Of a stretch of DNA of 28,923 nucleotides, positions 1 to 8,453 are shown piece after piece (within the stretch, counting starts at the first letter, position 1; each line of letters starts with the position of its first letter). The notes beneath the pieces were generated by a model. It did no database searches, was not told the DNA's origin, and worked only from the letters and a program-made list of their open reading frames with translations. The position numbers and the translations under genes are program-made. Source of the stretch: a virus (Duplodnaviria > Caudoviricetes); the IMG/VR virus record IMGVR_UViG_3300036546_000156, positions 1 to 28,923 of that record. One strand, given 5' to 3'.

Positions 1-30
1 ATAGCGGAATGATTAACGAGGAGGGTGATT

Positions 31-453
31 TTGAGCAGTAAAAAAGAAAACATCATAACCCTCGCTATCGCCACATCCCTTCTCCATGCAGAAGGGCAAC
101 AACAGGGCGGGAAGTACAAGCGAGAAATTGAAAACCTATGGGCGATTGTAGATGTTGAGAGTATGCTCATAGGGAATAGTTTCACAAGAGCAATAGCCAA
201 GCACGTGAAAAAAAACGTTGAAATACTTAAGACTCTTGACGACAAGCAAGCTGAACGCAGGACGATGATACTTGACATGTTAGCAAAGGTCATTTCGGGG
301 TTCTCAACACAGTCAGCCTACAAATACAAAGTCTATGTGGAAGAGGTTGAAAAAATCACAAACAAGTTCATTCATTGGTGGACAGATGCCTTCAATTGTG
401 ACATAAGCGAGGCAGAAGAAGCGGTTGATGAGATGATAGGGAACCTAAAATAG
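31..453 (+). CDS. hypothetical protein
   Basis: ORF 25..453; GAGGAGG at 18-24 abuts the GTG at 25, so the in-frame TTG at 31 is the likelier start. Confidence 0.7.
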   Translation: MSSKKENIITLAIATSLLHAEGQQQGGKYKREIENLWAIVDVESMLIGNSFTRAIAKHVKKNVEILKTLDDKQAERRTMILDMLAKVISGFSTQSAYKYKVYVEEVEKITNKFIHWWTDAFNCDISEAEEAVDEMIGNLK

Positions 454-479
454 AAAAACTAAAAAAAAGGAGTGTCAAA

Positions 480-674
480 ATGATGGTTGATAACAAAGAA
501 TACGAGACAATCGCTAAAAGCATGGCTGAGACAGTTTCCACAATGATAAACCTTACAAACAACACAAGGAGCTGTGGTGTCGACTACATGGCATACTTAA
601 TATTCGATGAACTGACACCGAAATCAAAAGATCTCATCGCCGCCATAAACGAATTAATTCTAATAAGAGGTTAA
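480..674 (+). CDS. hypothetical protein
   Basis: 64-aa ORF with AAGGAG RBS, packed against neighbours. Confidence 0.7.
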   Translation: MMVDNKEYETIAKSMAETVSTMINLTNNTRSCGVDYMAYLIFDELTPKSKDLIAAINELILIRG

Positions 675-677
675 GTG

Positions 678-1364
678 ATGGGTATTATAGGCGTAAATAT
701 GCAAGATGGAGAAACTCTTGAACAATACCTTGAGCGAATACGCAAGGAGAAAGAGAAAGCTAAGCAGAATAGGCGAAGAGGGAGACCCTTTAAAAATGCG
801 TACCGCAAGAGACTGAAAAAGCTCAAGGATGCAGGGGTTCTCAAGTGTGATGCTGGGAGATACGATAAAGACCATTACACACTTAGAACAACTAACAATG
901 AGATTAAGCTGGATGTGAAAAACCTAGCTATAATCCAGATGCATAACTTCGGCATGGATGCAAAGGAAATATCAACACACCTAGATATCCCGATAGACTC
1001 TGTGCGTAAATACATTTCACGAGGGTTCAAGAAGGCTCAGGCATCGGTTATGATGGAGTGGTTGAAGCTCAGGCTAGGCAGACTGAACGCAACGGAACGG
1101 CTTGTGATAGAAGAGTTTTTCAAGAAAGCTTTGAACATGGTGGGCGTGAGCGAGATGGAAGCTCCTGAGTTCATGCGAGCATTGGCTCTTGAGGGTGTTA
1201 TAAAAGTTGATGATTGGTTCGTGGTTGAAAAGATGGGGTTATCCGAAGAGGAAATGAGCGAGGCAAAGCGCATAAACCCTGATTTCGACCAGAAACAGAG
1301 GATGCTGGACTATATTGATGAGAAGCTGGGGTATGATAGGTTAGAAAAGGAGAAGAAAAAATGA
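678..1364 (+). CDS. putative DNA-binding protein (sigma70 region 4-like HTH)
   Basis: MDAKEISTHLDIPIDSVRKYISRG is HTH-like; basic RRRGRP segment; GAGG RBS fits the ATG at 678. Confidence 0.55.
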   Translation: MGIIGVNMQDGETLEQYLERIRKEKEKAKQNRRRGRPFKNAYRKRLKKLKDAGVLKCDAGRYDKDHYTLRTTNNEIKLDVKNLAIIQMHNFGMDAKEISTHLDIPIDSVRKYISRGFKKAQASVMMEWLKLRLGRLNATERLVIEEFFKKALNMVGVSEMEAPEFMRALALEGVIKVDDWFVVEKMGLSEEEMSEAKRINPDFDQKQRMLDYIDEKLGYDRLEKEKKK

Positions 1365-1546
1365 GTAAATATATAGTATCTGTGCATGTGAAAAATAAAA
1401 GCAATAGCTTAATCCTGCATGTTGAAACGGCTGTAGACGAATATCCAAAAACCGCATCATTATCAGATGTTGTAAGCAATGTTGTGGATGTCATCGCACC
1501 TGACTTGGAAGTGGAATCAATAACAGTGAGAAGTACCGATGGGTAA
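1361..1546 (+). CDS. hypothetical protein
   Basis: 61-aa ORF, AAGGAG RBS, overlaps both neighbours. Confidence 0.65.
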   Translation: MSKYIVSVHVKNKSNSLILHVETAVDEYPKTASLSDVVSNVVDVIAPDLEVESITVRSTDG

Positions 1547-2903
1547 AGTAGCGTACCTTTGTAGCTCAATCCAACTACAAGACCAGTTGTTAGCAGATTT
1601 CCCAGAAGCAGGATACTTGAAAGGGCGGAACAACTACCCTTGCCTATCGTCTGGCAGGACTGCCTCAGATTGTACATGGAGCATGGATGACCCTTGTAGT
1701 TTCCGCATGAGCTGTCCTTATCAGCTACAAAAAACAGAGCTAATGAATAACGACGTACATATACTAAACTATCACTATTTCCTATACGCTGCAAACTACA
1801 CAGAGAAATTCAGCGATTATGACCTAGTGATATGCGATGAGGCGGACACGTTAGAGCAAATCCTAACAGATTTCATTTCATTTCAGATTTCGGATTCTGC
1901 AATGAAACGCTACGGTATCCACAAACCCTCAAAGATAGACAACAAATCTCAAGGGGTTGAAGAAGTGTGGCGTGAGTGGGTGAAGTCCTCAATAGCCAAA
2001 ATCCGCAAGTATCCGCTTGACAAGCTACCTGGCGACAGGGACTCTCAGGAGTGGAAAATAGCCGTTAAGAAGCAAAATTCACTACTCCAAAGCCTTGCGT
2101 ACCTAGGTAGCAATATCAACGCTCAAAACTGGATTTTTGAGGCTGACAAGTATGGTGTTTCATTCAAGCCCGTGTGGATAACACCGCAGATGTTTGATGA
2201 GTATTTCGGGCGACATGGCGAGAAGTTTATATTCATGTCTGGGAGCTTGCCTGACGAGATGACATTCTGTAAGACTCTTGGGCTTTACCCAGCAGACATA
2301 GACTATTTTGTGCTTGACTCAGATTTCCCAGTAAAGAACCGACCAGTATATAAAATGTTCAGTGGTTCAATGGGGAGGAAAAATCAAGACGCTACCTTGC
2401 CAAGGATAGTTAAGGACTTGGAGAAGATATTCGACAAGTACCCTGATTATAAAATCTTAGTCCATACTGTGTCTTACGCACTGCAAGAGAAGATATGCGA
2501 GTTGGTAAAGAATAAAAGGATACTGACGCATAATTCACAAAATAAGTTAGAAAAGATTGACGAGTTCAAAAAATCGAGGTATCCTTACATATTCCTGAGT
2601 CCTGTGTGCAGCAGAGGGGTAGACTTACCAGATGAGCAATGTAGGGTGAATGTGATACTAAAAACACCGTTTCCCTACCTAGGAGACAAGTTAACAGCTC
2701 TAAGGTTCTACGGTAACGGTGAGATAGGGAGGCGTTGGTACAAGTCTATGGCTTGTCAGGAGATTATCCAGATGTGTGGCAGAGGGGTTAGACATAAGTA
2801 CGATTGGTGTCATACTTATGTACTGGACGATGATGGATGTAAGCTGTTAAGTGATAAGGAAATGTTTAAAGAATGGTTTTTAAAAGGAGTTAGTTATGGC
2901 TGA
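1539..2903 (+). CDS. DinG/XPD/Rad3-family SF2 helicase-like protein with Fe-S cluster, lacking Q motif and Walker A
   Basis: Motif Ia (YLCSSIQLQDQL), LKGRNNYPC plus three more Cys, ICDEAD, MSGSL, SRGVDLP, QMCGRGVR. Confidence 0.85.
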   Translation: MGKVAYLCSSIQLQDQLLADFPEAGYLKGRNNYPCLSSGRTASDCTWSMDDPCSFRMSCPYQLQKTELMNNDVHILNYHYFLYAANYTEKFSDYDLVICDEADTLEQILTDFISFQISDSAMKRYGIHKPSKIDNKSQGVEEVWREWVKSSIAKIRKYPLDKLPGDRDSQEWKIAVKKQNSLLQSLAYLGSNINAQNWIFEADKYGVSFKPVWITPQMFDEYFGRHGEKFIFMSGSLPDEMTFCKTLGLYPADIDYFVLDSDFPVKNRPVYKMFSGSMGRKNQDATLPRIVKDLEKIFDKYPDYKILVHTVSYALQEKICELVKNKRILTHNSQNKLEKIDEFKKSRYPYIFLSPVCSRGVDLPDEQCRVNVILKTPFPYLGDKLTALRFYGNGEIGRRWYKSMACQEIIQMCGRGVRHKYDWCHTYVLDDDGCKLLSDKEMFKEWFLKGVSYG

Positions 2904-3102
2904 TTTTTGTTTTAAATGTGGAGCTGAGTTAGACTTTATCAAAATTGACAGTTGGGAATATTTGTATGTATGTAAAAGATGCGGGGAACTTTATCTTGAG
3001 ATAGTTGATGACCCCATGGGTGGAGTTACAGGCTCTATCAGCTCTATAACTCAAGAACAGTTTGACCGTATTATAAAAAAGGAAGGAGTTAGTTATGGAT
3101 GA
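2896..3102 (+). CDS. small zinc-ribbon protein (paralog 1)
   Basis: CFKC...CKRC; AGGAG RBS. Confidence 0.8.
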   Translation: MADFCFKCGAELDFIKIDSWEYLYVCKRCGELYLEIVDDPMGGVTGSISSITQEQFDRIIKKEGVSYG

Positions 3103-3313
3103 TTTTTGTAGCAAGTGTGGAACGGAGTTAGACATTATAGCTTTAAGCAAAGATGGTGAATGGAGCTCTTTGTGGATATGTAAGAGCGGTGAGCACTTCT
3201 ACCATAAAATAGAAGGTGACGCCATGGGCGGCGGTATTGATGATATGCGCCTCATAAGCAAAGAAACTTTTGAAGCAAAAATAAAGTCTGGTGATTATCG
3301 TAAACTAATATAA
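3095..3313 (+). CDS. small zinc-ribbon protein (paralog 2)
   Basis: CSKC...CKSGEH; aligns with 2896..3102 (DFCxKCGxELDxI, W, DxMGG, F..xIK). Confidence 0.8.
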   Translation: MDDFCSKCGTELDIIALSKDGEWSSLWICKSGEHFYHKIEGDAMGGGIDDMRLISKETFEAKIKSGDYRKLI

Positions 3314-3325
3314 AAGGAGTAAGTT

Positions 3326-3556
3326 ATGGATAAGTTGATGTATGCGGTTCAAGATGTTTTAAGTGGTGATATTGGCGCGCTAGGCACAAAAGAAGTAATC
3401 TTGGAAGCTCTTATGGCTTTTGATGTATCTGCACCTAGTTTTGACCCTAGAGAGAGAGGTGTGATCAAGGTTTACCGTCTTGAAGAGATGGGTGAAGAGT
3501 CAATAGCGGAGTGGTTGGATAATGCGGAAGCGAAATCGGAAGGAGAGATGAAATGA
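3326..3556 (+). CDS. hypothetical protein
   Basis: 76-aa ORF with AAGGAG RBS. Confidence 0.7.
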   Translation: MDKLMYAVQDVLSGDIGALGTKEVILEALMAFDVSAPSFDPRERGVIKVYRLEEMGEESIAEWLDNAEAKSEGEMK

Positions 3557-3858
3557 TAACATCAGAGCAGATACAGCAAAAACGAGATGAGTCAGCAAGA
3601 GTGAATAAAGAACTGTTAGAGCTTGGGCTTGCATATGCCGAACAAGAATGTCCTTTTGCTGTGTGGGACATTGTTGAGGTAAAAGGTTATACTTATAAAG
3701 GCAAAAAGATGCAAGTAATAAAAATAGTAGAGCCAAGGCACGGACTTCAATATGGTAATACTTGGCGAGTTATAGGTATTGTGCTCAAAAAAGATGGAAC
3801 ATTTTCTAAAGCCTTAACCGAAATGTCTCAATATCAATATGAAAAGAGCAAGGCATGA
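3553..3858 (+). CDS. hypothetical protein
   Basis: 101-aa ORF, ATGA overlaps at both ends. Confidence 0.7.
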   Translation: MITSEQIQQKRDESARVNKELLELGLAYAEQECPFAVWDIVEVKGYTYKGKKMQVIKIVEPRHGLQYGNTWRVIGIVLKKDGTFSKALTEMSQYQYEKSKA

Positions 3859-4694
3859 AGACGCACATAAGCATATCCCAGCTCAAGCAGTTCACGCAAT
3901 GCCCTATGAAGTGGTATTACGGTTACAAAGAGCAGATACGCATAAAACCTGAACTGAAATCGTCGCCGCTCAAGATGGGTACATGGTGGGATTTGTTCAC
4001 CAAAAGCCAGTATTCTAAACTCACGGTTGATGAAGAGGCAGAATTTCAAACTACCATAGACAACATTTCAGACATAGACAAGGTGAAATTATATGCACTG
4101 GCTAATGTGTTTAGCGAGTTCATCAACACAAAAACGGACAAAAAAGTGAACACGCAGAAGGAAGTTTCTGTTGCAATCGAGAACTCTACAAGGTATGATA
4201 AGGTACTCGGCTACCTAGACAGATACGACGGTGATATATATGAAGTCAAGTTGTCAAGTAGACCAGAGAACTATTACACTTTAGAGAACATCGAAATGCA
4301 GATAGGTTTCTACTTCATAGGATGTCCAGAGGCTAAAAAAGCAACAATGGAAGTGACTCGTGTCCCGCAGCTCAGAATGGGCAATGGCGAAACCTACACA
4401 ACCTTCCAAAACCGTATAGAAGAGGATATAAAGTACAACCTAGCGAAATACTTCATAGGCTACAACCCATCCGATTCAACATATGGCAAGTTGTTTTATC
4501 GCACAGATTTCCGCCTAGATGCGGTCTGGTATCAGGTAGAAAGTGTTTGCAAAATCATCGATTATATGGTACAATCGGATACGTGGTTTGCCAACACCGA
4601 GGATTGTAGCAAGTTTAGTGGTTGTGATTTTTTCGACATATGCAGACTGGGGATTTATAACGAGAAAAAGTATAGTATAAAAGGAGGTGAGTAA
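3855..4694 (+). CDS. PD-(D/E)XK exonuclease (RecB/AddB/Cas4-like, probable Fe-S)
   Basis: N-terminal HISISQLKQFTQCP, GYLDR...YEVK catalytic motif, C-terminal CSKFSGCDFFDIC. Confidence 0.85.
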   Translation: MKTHISISQLKQFTQCPMKWYYGYKEQIRIKPELKSSPLKMGTWWDLFTKSQYSKLTVDEEAEFQTTIDNISDIDKVKLYALANVFSEFINTKTDKKVNTQKEVSVAIENSTRYDKVLGYLDRYDGDIYEVKLSSRPENYYTLENIEMQIGFYFIGCPEAKKATMEVTRVPQLRMGNGETYTTFQNRIEEDIKYNLAKYFIGYNPSDSTYGKLFYRTDFRLDAVWYQVESVCKIIDYMVQSDTWFANTEDCSKFSGCDFFDICRLGIYNEKKYSIKGGE

Positions 4695-5462
4695 GTGATG
4701 AAAATCAAGAAGGCTAACGACTTGACAGGAGAAGAAGCTCAGGCGAGAACAGTTCTCTTGTACGGTGAATCCAAGGTAGGGAAATCCTTGAACTGTATCC
4801 CCCGCTCAGGGAAAACACTCTACATCCAAGTAGAAGCAAATAACCCTATGCCTGAACTAAAAGCATTAGGGGTTGACGTTTCCCATGTAGATGTGCTACA
4901 ATGGGGAGTAACAAACTGGAGAGAGTTCAGAGAGTTTATGAATGACACAAAGAACCTTGACGGCTATAGGTACTGCGTGGTAGACTCATTCACGGAGCTT
5001 ATGGGCAGGTGTTTTGACGAGATAGTGTCAGAAACACGTCAAGCGACAGCAACGAAAAAAGGGGGGTTGTCACTAGGAGCAGAAGTTCGAGCAGAGCAGT
5101 CAGACTACGGTGCAATAGGTCAAATGATGATACAGTTCTTCCGCTCGCTTGAGCAGTATAAGTTCACAGGAACGAATATAATTTTCACTTGCAAGCTGTC
5201 GGTTGATAACTACTACGAGTACCCTATGATAGTAGGTCAGTATTTTAAAGACAAACTACCATACTTCGTAGACCTAATAGGCAGGGTAAAAGAGAGACCG
5301 CTTGACGAGAACGGCAAGTATCAATTACCAGTGGTTTATTTCCACAGTAAAGATAAGTCATTTGAGGCAGGTTATCGTGGGGCATCGGCTGAGTTCAAGT
5401 ACAAGCCACAGGTTTTGGATATTGAGCGGATAATCAGTAACAGTTTCAAGAAAGCTGAGTAA
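4695..5462 (+). CDS. AAA_24 / Sak4-like ATPase, ssDNA-annealing recombinase
   Basis: Walker A LLYGESKVGKS, Walker B VVDSFTEL; lies between exonuclease and SSB-like gene; AAGGAGGT RBS. Confidence 0.8.
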   Translation: MMKIKKANDLTGEEAQARTVLLYGESKVGKSLNCIPRSGKTLYIQVEANNPMPELKALGVDVSHVDVLQWGVTNWREFREFMNDTKNLDGYRYCVVDSFTELMGRCFDEIVSETRQATATKKGGLSLGAEVRAEQSDYGAIGQMMIQFFRSLEQYKFTGTNIIFTCKLSVDNYYEYPMIVGQYFKDKLPYFVDLIGRVKERPLDENGKYQLPVVYFHSKDKSFEAGYRGASAEFKYKPQVLDIERIISNSFKKAE

Positions 5463-5528
5463 TTAAGTATCTAAAATAAGAAAAACAAAGTGTTCAGCGT
5501 GGAGCGGACACAATATAAGGAGAACCAA

Positions 5529-6119
5529 ATGAAATTTGTAATGAAAAAAGAAGTAGAGAAAACAGGCGAAGAAGGATTTCAGACAACCAAGTATCCAGAG
5601 AATGGCACTTTCACATTTCAGCTTATAGGTGGCGACCGTGGTACAGGCATTGAGCAGACACCTAACGGCAAATTCGCACTCACTATAAAAGGTAAAATTA
5701 TAGCCGATGCAGATGGCAAAGAAACAGAGTTCACAGGTGCGTTCTACGAGAATAAGGTATGGTTTGGTGATAATGGCTCCTACATGGATTATATCCAGAA
5801 AGACCCTTCACGTATCCAGAACGTGCTTGACTTCTTCTCAGCACTCCTCACAGAAGGTGAGAGAGATGAGTTCCTTCGTGTTTTCGGTGAGGACATCGAC
5901 CTTTTCGACCCTAAGCTCGCAGCGTGGATAAATGAGAGAGCTGAAGGATGTAAGTTCAAAGCTTTTGTACAGAAGCAGATGGAAACTTACACTAACAAGG
6001 ACGGTGAGGAGAGGACAAGAAGATTTCTCAAGCCTGCCGGTTATTGGGAAGCCCTTACAAAACAAGGTAACGCTACATCAGCCGACTCAGGATTTGACGG
6101 TGAAGACGAGCCGATGTAG
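5529..6119 (+). CDS. putative single-stranded DNA-binding protein
   Basis: Follows Sak4-like gene; beta-rich; acidic tail DSGFDGEDEPM; AAGGAG at 5517-5522 supports ATG 5529 over GTG 5490. Confidence 0.65.
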   Translation: MKFVMKKEVEKTGEEGFQTTKYPENGTFTFQLIGGDRGTGIEQTPNGKFALTIKGKIIADADGKETEFTGAFYENKVWFGDNGSYMDYIQKDPSRIQNVLDFFSALLTEGERDEFLRVFGEDIDLFDPKLAAWINERAEGCKFKAFVQKQMETYTNKDGEERTRRFLKPAGYWEALTKQGNATSADSGFDGEDEPM

Positions 6120-6218
6120 CGATTAAAAAATAGGCAATATCTCTTATAGATGCGGAGGAAACTCTTAGAAACAACCTAATGATTATATGTAGTTCAGAAA
6201 ACCTTTGTAAGTAAAGTT

Positions 6219-6257
6219 AGGGGCTGGGTTGTAATGTGCCCAGCCTTTGGCTTTTCT
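6219..6257 (+). terminator. probable intrinsic terminator
   Basis: GGCTGGG (6222-6228) / CCCAGCC (6239-6245) stem followed by an interrupted T tract TTTGGCTTTTCT. Confidence 0.55.
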
Positions 6258-6279
6258 AAGATAATATAAGGAGAAATAA

Positions 6280-6495
6280 ATGAGTAGGTTTATAGAGCTT
6301 AAAGGATTGGATGGTTCTAGAATATCAATAAAGGCTGAGGATATATCTTCAGTAGACGAGTATAACAATAGTCCCTTGTATTGCGTAGTATCCACAGACA
6401 GAAGTATTATTAATGGATGGAGAACTATTTTTGCTTACGATGATGTAATGAAGATGATAAATAATGCTTTAGCAGATATTGAAGGGGATGAGTAG
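6280..6495 (+). CDS. hypothetical protein (weak FlbD/SwrD-like pattern)
   Basis: AAGGAG RBS; FIELKGLDGSRISIKAEDISSV. Confidence 0.7.
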   Translation: MSRFIELKGLDGSRISIKAEDISSVDEYNNSPLYCVVSTDRSIINGWRTIFAYDDVMKMINNALADIEGDE

Positions 6496-6840
6496 ATGGA
6501 AGATATAAGACTTATTTACCGCTGCGAAAGAAACCAATTTAGCATCAAGGGGGGTGTTGCCGAGACAATAAAACTCGTTAAATTAAAAAGTCTTTCTACT
6601 GATTGTGAGGTATCAAACAATACCCACAACTGCATCCTTGAAAATGCGGCAGAAGGCTTTCTCTCTCTTGCAGAACTTGTCGACGGTTTCGCTTATCAAG
6701 CCAAACTGTACGGGTACGATGAAGATTATGATATTGTTTTCGAGCCATATCCTGACAAGCAACACGCAAGCCTTTATGCAGAAGGGATTAAAAGATACTT
6801 GCTTAAGCAGGAGTCCGCCCATAAGAGAAAGGAGGATTAA
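6496..6840 (+). CDS. hypothetical protein
   Basis: 114-aa ORF abutting the previous stop; AAGGGG RBS. Confidence 0.7.
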   Translation: MEDIRLIYRCERNQFSIKGGVAETIKLVKLKSLSTDCEVSNNTHNCILENAAEGFLSLAELVDGFAYQAKLYGYDEDYDIVFEPYPDKQHASLYAEGIKRYLLKQESAHKRKED

Positions 6841-6841
6841 A

Positions 6842-7108
6842 GTGAGCAAATTAGCAGGAGTGATACTTTTCTTATATATAACCGTTCAACCGATAATACT
6901 TTTCCATTACACGAAGAAGTATGTAGACAACCAATTTGAACAATTAACAACCAACTTAACCATGGGGCTTAAGAATATGACAGGTTCGATGGATGGGTAT
7001 CATGATAAAATGATAACCCTAGCCGAGCGTGACGGCATGACAACCGTCATAATCCTGAGTGACCTAGTTGCGGAGCAACTGGAGGATATAAGGAGAATGA
7101 GTGAATGA
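6842..7108 (+). CDS. small membrane-anchored protein
   Basis: 3' part of ORF 6605..7108; AGGAGG precedes the GTG at 6842; hydrophobic LAGVILFLYITVQPIILF. Confidence 0.65.
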   Translation: MSKLAGVILFLYITVQPIILFHYTKKYVDNQFEQLTTNLTMGLKNMTGSMDGYHDKMITLAERDGMTTVIILSDLVAEQLEDIRRMSE

Positions 7109-7665
7109 TGCGATTCAATCCAAACAAACATAAACCAAACCAAGTTAAACCGAACCTGAAGAGGCAGTTCCTTAAAAAGCTTCAGCCGTTAAAAAGTTTC
7201 AAGATGATAATAGATACAAGAGAGCAGCAACCCTTACCAATAGAGACCCATTGCCAAGTGGTCCATAAAGCTTTAAAAGACGGTGACTACAGCATAGAAG
7301 GTTATGAGCACTTATTCGCAATAGAGCTAAAGCGAATGTCTGACCTTACATCATACATCTACGCAGAGCATGAGAAGACTTCTAAAAAGAAACGCAGGTT
7401 CAAACAGATGATAGACAATGGCGGCTTTGTAGCTCTTGTCATTGACGGGGTTGAATACAAGGATATATTAAAAGGATACCAGTATGGAGGGCTTACGCCT
7501 AGCCATTACGAAACATTCTTGACCCGCTTGAAGCTCAAGTACGGGATACATATCTTTGCCTCTAGGGATAGCAAGGAGCTTGCTAGATGGGTTGTCAGGC
7601 ATGCGTTAGAGTTTTATGAATTACAGAGGGAACTTGAGAAGGAAGGTTCAGGTGCGGATGAGTAG
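7105..7665 (+). CDS. ERCC4/XPF-type nuclease (possible junction resolvase)
   Basis: IIDTREQQP, LKDGDYSI, AIELKRMSDL motifs. Confidence 0.85.
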   Translation: MMRFNPNKHKPNQVKPNLKRQFLKKLQPLKSFKMIIDTREQQPLPIETHCQVVHKALKDGDYSIEGYEHLFAIELKRMSDLTSYIYAEHEKTSKKKRRFKQMIDNGGFVALVIDGVEYKDILKGYQYGGLTPSHYETFLTRLKLKYGIHIFASRDSKELARWVVRHALEFYELQRELEKEGSGADE

Positions 7666-7685
7666 TAGATTTTAAAGGAGTTCAT

Positions 7686-8237
7686 ATGAGCAAAGAGACA
7701 GAAGATATAGAGCGGGTAGAACAGAAATCCCAAGCGACAGCGAAGGAAAAAGTTGATATATTCGCTGAGATAAACGAGTTCTACGGTCACAAGTTCCGCA
7801 CGAAATTCGGAAAGCTAACATCGGAAGCCATGAGTCGAACCATGTCAACATTCCGAGTAGACCCGCTGGCTTTTAACATGATAGAGAAAATCATGGAGTA
7901 TGGTCGTGGAAAATACTGGAGTAAGTCAGACCTTGTGCGTCATTGTTTTCTCATAGGGCTTTGTATAGAATTCCCTAGGCTCTTCCACGAGACAGGCGAA
8001 CCAAACAAGTCAGAGCTTCGTAATTTAATGTGCAACTTCTTATCTATGAATGAGATAGAGAACAGGATGAATTACTTGGATATTGTCGATAAAGAAGCTG
8101 ACAGGCTAGATGATGCGCAAAGGAAAGGGTTAATTACGCATGACGAAATAATAAAGGCAAAAGAGGAGTTGATTAAAAACGCTCCTGATGGTATAAGTAG
8201 AGAGGCTGTGAAGCGTAAATTGCAGGGAGGGTATTAA
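7686..8237 (+). CDS. putative ribbon-helix-helix DNA-binding protein
   Basis: STFRVDPLAFNMIEKI...SKSDLVRH matches the RHH pattern; AAGGAG RBS. Confidence 0.55.
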   Translation: MSKETEDIERVEQKSQATAKEKVDIFAEINEFYGHKFRTKFGKLTSEAMSRTMSTFRVDPLAFNMIEKIMEYGRGKYWSKSDLVRHCFLIGLCIEFPRLFHETGEPNKSELRNLMCNFLSMNEIENRMNYLDIVDKEADRLDDAQRKGLITHDEIIKAKEELIKNAPDGISREAVKRKLQGGY

Positions 8238-8239
8238 AA

Positions 8240-8434
8240 ATGATAACCGTATTTAGGAGAAGTTTAATCAACATGGTTGGTTTTAATGAAGAAGAGGGGA
8301 TTATTTATATTTGGCATGGCGAGGTTCGTTATGATTTACATAGGCCAGACACAAAAGAACATTACTTTTTTATAATTAATCAGTTATTTAATACTGATTC
8401 CGAATTTATAAATACTTTAAAGTGTGAAAAATAA
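8240..8434 (+). CDS. hypothetical protein
   Basis: 64-aa ORF with GGAGG RBS. Confidence 0.65.
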   Translation: MITVFRRSLINMVGFNEEEGIIYIWHGEVRYDLHRPDTKEHYFFIINQLFNTDSEFINTLKCEK

Positions 8435-8453
8435 AAAAGGGGAGGGTATTGAT

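Larger units (their letters stand above)
2884..3331 (+). repeat. direct repeats at gene junctions, AAGGAGT(T/A)AGTTATGG x3
   Basis: Copies at 2884-2899, 3083-3098 and 3314-3329; the first two extend to ~56 bp of imperfect identity (2884-2939, 3083-3138). Confidence 0.85.

Noticed and set aside
1361-1546. 61-aa ORF as the frameshifted Walker A part of the helicase
   Set aside because: Size fits, but VETAVDEYPKT lacks the glycines of GxGKT and no slippery site is evident at the overlap
1198-1794. 198-aa - strand ORF and the other - strand ORFs in the track (e.g. 21458..21850, 28245..28673)
   Set aside because: They are antisense shadows of well-supported + strand genes with no recognisable motifs
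2884-3331. Junction repeats as a CRISPR array
   Set aside because: Spacing is ~200-230 bp, the repeats are RBS/start sequences and the intervals are genes
1539-4694. DinG-like plus Cas4-like genes as a type IV CRISPR-Cas locus
   Set aside because: No repeat-spacer array or Cas5/6/7-like genes seen; the context is a standard phage recombination module
6135-6180. SAM-I riboswitch or hammerhead ribozyme
   Set aside because: Only fragments match (CTCTTAT..GGAGG; GAAAC); the conserved cores, including CTGATGA, are absent
6605-6841. 5' part of the 167-aa ORF
   Set aside because: Overlaps 6496..6840 in another frame; the RBS supports a start at 6842
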